Shown: positions 59,501 to 64,000 of the stretch, piece after piece | How the letters are laid out: each line of letters starts with the position of its first letter | Numbering within the stretch: position 1 is the first letter of the stretch | Origin: Setoptus koraiensis | Taxonomy: Eukaryota; Animalia; Arthropoda | DNA: 64,000 bases | Assembly: GCA_048013815.1 (NCBI GenBank) | Contig: CM106586.1 | Location: 24,366,001-24,430,000, forward strand | Direction: 5' to 3' | The notes under the pieces: model-generated | Seen by the model: the letters and a program-made list of their open reading frames with translations, nothing else | Database searches by the model: none | Told to the model about the DNA's origin: nothing | Made by a program: the position numbers and the translations under genes

Positions 59501-61257
59501 ACGATTCCAATGACAAACAAGTCGCTTGCCAGCAGCCAACACAAACTATTATGGCTTCTATTTATCCATTTATTGTCGAGCCTCGTTCTGGCTATTTATT
59601 ACATTGGGCTGCCTAGTACGGCTAGCTTACTAGCAGCGGCTTGTTGCAGCCGGCTCTGGTTGCTTCGTTAATCACGTTACCATGACTACCACTTATTGAC
59701 TTGCGAACTTATCCACTTTTATTTCTTTATTTTATTTCGCTTCGTTTTATTTCTTGGTCTCTCTTTGTTTCGTCAGCCAGCACTCGTTACACGCAACTTT
59801 ATTGAGCTGTGTCTAGACACTGGCAATATAATGCAATAATGCGCATCACGTCTTTTCACCATAACCTGTTGTTAGTTAGTAGAATTCAGTGCTTGCAAAT
59901 GCAGATAATTTACACTCAATTTTTGAGTCAAGATCTCAATTGCAAACTCAAAAAAATGCCCAAGATTCGTTGCTCAGTGTAGATACGCTGACATTGTTGC
60001 TATCGGTCGTTTTGCCAGTCGGGCAAGCTTGTTATGTGTAGCTTGTTTGCAATTACAGCCTACACATAATTTTTCTCACTGCCGACTAACAAACTGTTTT
60101 CTTCGCTTCGATTTATATTGGATGGCCATATTGGAGACGCTTAATTCAATCTAAATCTAACACTGTGTTTGTTTGCCACTTGACCACTCGGCTAGCTGGT
60201 CATTATGGCGCTCGCCTGTGTAGTCTGTGAGCCACTGTATGATATTATCATCTTCGCTTGAACTACATTTGTAAAACTTGCTGATGGTCGATATATTCAA
60301 CATTATCGTCCATTTATGTGTCGGCTGGCTGCTAGAATCACAGCGAAAAACAGTGAAAAAACAGTGAAAAATCGTCGGACAGACAAAAATCCAAATAGGG
60401 CCACCAATAGCTTATTTTAGCTTTTATCACAGTGTGTGTGTGTGTGATAATGAGGCAGGTGCAAAAATGACTATATTGTTAAATGAGTGACCTCTCTCTA
60501 TTAGAGAGTCTCTAACAGAGAGAGAGAGGCCTCTATCGCTGCGTAATGTGTCTGCAGAATATAGTTTGCTGCCGTTTGCTATGATCCGTGACGCAATTCG
60601 TTGAAACGCAGCGCATCAGTGAGAGAGCTAGTTAACCACACGAACAATTCATAAAGATCTCGGATTATCGTCGTCTCAGGCACTTGTAATTATTATCATA
60701 ACAGTAGCAGTGGCAGACAAGAGCTGATTGTTTGTTTTTCCTATTTGCTCGTTTTGGTCTGTCTGTATATATATGTGTACGGCGACGACACACACACACA
60801 CACACACTGCAAATAGCCACTGCATGCATCGTATGCGGCGGCCATAAGTGGCTACTTAACTGTTAAATAAGAAGTTTTTTGTTCCGTCTCGAATTTGTTT
60901 TTTCTCTTCTCGAATTGTTGTTCGGATTCTTTTTGTCGACGAATCGCAAGACTGCCTGGTGTTTAAATAGACTCATTTAGCATTTAGCACTTGGCTTACG
61001 AGGCTTTGGCACATAATGCACACAACAGCACACTGCAGATGATTAGAGGCGATAAAAAACGAGACCCAGTCCACACTTATATGTAACGCTCAGCTATGAA
61101 GGTATCTGATGAATCTCTGAAACAAACAAACAGCCAGAAAACAGCCAACAAACAGCCAACAGCCGGCCTCGCTAGCAACGTCAATGACGTCAATAACAAC
61201 AGCATGCAACAATCAATTGTCTCATGGTCGTATTGTGTTTATCAATAGTGTTCACAG

Positions 61258-62250
61258 TTATTTTGTTTTGCCCAAACTGTCCGTGCCACTGGATTGCGTG
61301 GGCGAATTGAAATTAATAAAGGGGCTCTTAGGTGTTAATACTTTTGATTTTCTGCCCAATTCTAGCGATTCAAATGAGGCTATAGTGGACTTAGATGGCG
61401 CCAGTAGAGCAGGCCGTTTAGCTGCCAATTTGAGTGCTAATGATTCCATTAATGCGTTGCCTTTATTATTTGATTGGCCTTTTGCCGATTCGTCTGATTC
61501 GCTATCTGTTGGCGTGGACCTGACAGAGCTAGAATCGTCCGATTTCTGACTATCCAAAATGGACATTTTGTATGTTTGATTTGAGCTCTCTGCACTGAGT
61601 GTGCTGGCCAGTGGGGTATTTTTCACGCCTCGCGGATATAATTTTGATCTCACTGATAGTGGCAACGATTTTGCTGGTTGAAATTTAGTAGACGATGACG
61701 AATGAGACGAATAGTCGCTCAAGGTGTCAGCATTGGACGATACATTTGACAATGTTGATGGCAATTGTTTGTCTGATTTCAGGGTGGCGTGCTCTTGATT
61801 TTGTTGGCCTTCTGTGTCATCTAAATTACTCAACTCACTGATTGCATCATAGTTGTCAGTATCATTTGTTGTTAGTGACTTGCGGCCACAACAGCAGCAA
61901 CCGAAGCAGCAACACAAGTAGGCACAACAGCAACAATTACGACAACAGCAACGCTTTCTCCAGCAATGTCTGACAGCTTTTGGACAGTGGGCACGACAAA
62001 AATCATCACAACAATTGTCTGGAAAACATTCACAGATTGCACCAATAATAATTACAATTACAATTATAACGAGTAATAATATTAAACAAAAGACAATATA
62101 ACTGATGCCATACTTTGCGTCTGTGTCCTCGCTAACTGTGTTAAATAGAACATATTTCAGAATAATATCTCTGGTGTAGTGCACAACATCATGCCAAGTG
62201 GATTGATTTTGAGCGGGCGTTGTAGATTCATTATTCGAAGGTCGACTCAT
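61258..62250 (-). CDS. Hypothetical single-pass membrane protein with a juxtamembrane polycysteine cluster and Ser-rich tail
   Basis: About 330-aa uninterrupted ORF from ATG 62250, one long hydrophobic helix, then CECFPDNCCDDFC...CCCRNCCCCAYLCCCFGCCCCGRK. No family recognised. Confidence 0.65.
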   Translation of the reverse strand: MSRPSNNESTTPAQNQSTWHDVVHYTRDIILKYVLFNTVSEDTDAKYGISYIVFCLILLLVIIVIVIIIGAICECFPDNCCDDFCRAHCPKAVRHCWRKRCCCRNCCCCAYLCCCFGCCCCGRKSLTTNDTDNYDAISELSNLDDTEGQQNQEHATLKSDKQLPSTLSNVSSNADTLSDYSSHSSSSTKFQPAKSLPLSVRSKLYPRGVKNTPLASTLSAESSNQTYKMSILDSQKSDDSSSVRSTPTDSESDESAKGQSNNKGNALMESLALKLAAKRPALLAPSKSTIASFESLELGRKSKVLTPKSPFINFNSPTQSSGTDSLGKTK

Positions 62251-62403
62251 TTTGAGGCCGAGCGCGACGAGTGACAAAATGAGAAATTGCCAGAAATGTA
62301 ATGATATGCGCGCTCATATCAAGCAGCGATCGTTTGGCAGCATACAAATCTCGTGATTGGCATGCAAATTGAGATAGCATTTCACTGTCATATTGGCACA
62401 TTG

Positions 62404-63162
62404 GCCGTGAGCATGATTTATCCGTTGCAATAGCGTGCACAGCCGTGCATAAATGCTCTTACGCCGACTGTTTGCGGACATGAGATGTTGCGTTTAGTTT
62501 TGATTTCAGCCGATCGGCCGGCAGTCACACATTTTCGGTGCTCTTAGGGGTCGGTCTTAGCAGGCAACTTGTCGCCGCATAATTGAATTGGGCATGCGAT
62601 GTGCACATTTCAAGGTTGCTGTGCCTTGAAATGTGCACATCGTCGTGTCTCGTTTTTGTCTATGCACACTGAAATGGAAGTCGCCATCGCAGCAAGCGAT
62701 GCCAAAAACATTGAATTAACATTGTAAGTTCATCAAGTCGCAACTCTTACGCAACTCGCATGAACTATTAGCAATGAACTATGTGTGTGCGACGACCACA
62801 AGTTCGTGTCTATATAATCATATACTCATTAGCCGATTAGTTCATGTTGTGTAATGTTAATGCCGTGCTCATAATTGGCTATTGGCTCCTCATTGGCAGC
62901 ACCACAATTGCATAATGTATTAGCGTGATACACAACACAATGCGTGTGTCGTGCCATCATACAAACAACGCAACAAGTGGCAAACATTGTTCAGTTGTGC
63001 AGCTAGTTGCATAATAAAAGTATGCAAAACTAGAAATGGCCCAACATAGGCCAGTTATCAGACTGCAGTGTGCAGATAACTGGCGAGCTGTGAACTGTGA
63101 GCCGTGAGCATGATTTATCCGTTGCAATAGCGTGCACAGGCGTGCATACGCCGACTGTTTGC
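62404..63162. repeat. Direct repeat pair (62404..62475 and 63101..63162)
   Basis: gccgtgagcatgatttatccgttgcaatagcgtgcacag...acgccgactgtttgc occurs twice; the second copy has one substitution and lacks 10 nt. Confidence 0.9.
62597..62642. other. Perfect 19-bp inverted repeat with an 8-nt loop
   Basis: cgatgtgcacatttcaagg-ttgctgtg-ccttgaaatgtgcacatcg. Confidence 0.85.
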
Positions 63163-64000
63163 CAGTGCTAGATGTAGATGTGATTGAAACTGACCACTCA
63201 CAAGCAGCTTGTCAGGGTATGCCTAATGCACCTCATGTGGCATCCACAATCAACTCACACAAACTTATATAAACTCGTATCAACTTATATCAACTTATAA
63301 GCGCAACAACAATAACAGCGAGCAACAGGTTATTCAAATTGACTCTATGTCGTCACTAGCAATTATCGAAAACTGTTATTATCTATCTATTGCATTTCGC
63401 AACAAATACAACTTATACCAGTCAACTTGCCGTGCTGTTCTCTAGCTGTAGCTCATAACTAGTTAGAGGCGCATCACATGAGACCACAACAGGCGCTAAA
63501 TGCATTAAAATATGCAACAAATGTAGCGATAATTATTCTTGGAATCATCAAGCGTGCTGCTGGCAATTGGCTCAATTGGTAGGATAACTCAAACGACACA
63601 GGCCAATCCAATTGAATCAACGTTTGATTTTTTCATTCCATTGTTAGACACTTTTTGACAATTTAGATATTTGGTAATGTTTTTGATGATGCCAGCTAAC
63701 ACGATGCAAGATTGCATCATCTCGCATTGCAGTTGTGTGTCATGTTGCATCGTCAAGTAAACATTGCGCCACAGCTTTAATTAACGACTCACACAATTGT
63801 CAGGCTGACAATTGTGTGTGTGCAACAACGACAAGACGACAACTCACCAGTGCGATGATTGCGTAACTGGTCAAATGGTCGCATCTCATTAGTGAGCCAT
63901 CTTCGCTGACCACATGTTGTCTGACATGTTGTGAGGTTACTATTGTTATAATCATTGTTATATTATTAGCATAATTGAGCATGCCTCATACATGTGAGCG

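Noticed and set aside
60491-60529. Palindrome of CT/GA tracts
   Set aside because: Explained by adjacent complementary microsatellites with a 1-nt loop.

Overview
Eukaryotic (arthropod) DNA. Compact, intron-poor gene structure plus ABCH, Spaetzle and Fur2-type genes suggest a genome-reduced mite such as an eriophyoid; this is an inference. Positions 1-40 kb are gene-dense: Fur2-like convertase, a MARCH-like 2-TM ORF, CNNM, GOT2, THOC2, METTL17, ABCH transporter, DDX24, a Spaetzle (Spz4-like) gene, ARL4, a PHF20-like PHD protein and an SDR. Positions 40-61 kb are microsatellite-rich with no coding sequence I could recognise, followed by an orphan Cys-rich TM ORF. The main result is a rearrangement cluster at 16.5-29.1 kb. 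(1) An in-frame 643-aa chimeric gene joins the N-terminal DEAD/RecA1 domain of DDX24 to the Brix domain of RPF1, two early pre-60S assembly factors; it sits head-to-head with intact DDX24 as a 1,046-bp-arm palindrome. (2) An inversion has the A-B'-X'-A'-B staggered-break layout, with breakpoints inside four genes that each keep an intact copy. (3) A CNNM duplicate has lost precisely the CBS pair while staying in frame. (4) ABCH and Spaetzle coding sequences overlap convergently by 39 nt, and the duplication uncoupled them. Difference counts were made by eye. An assembly or amplification artefact must be excluded with long reads, although the diverged copies argue for real duplications.
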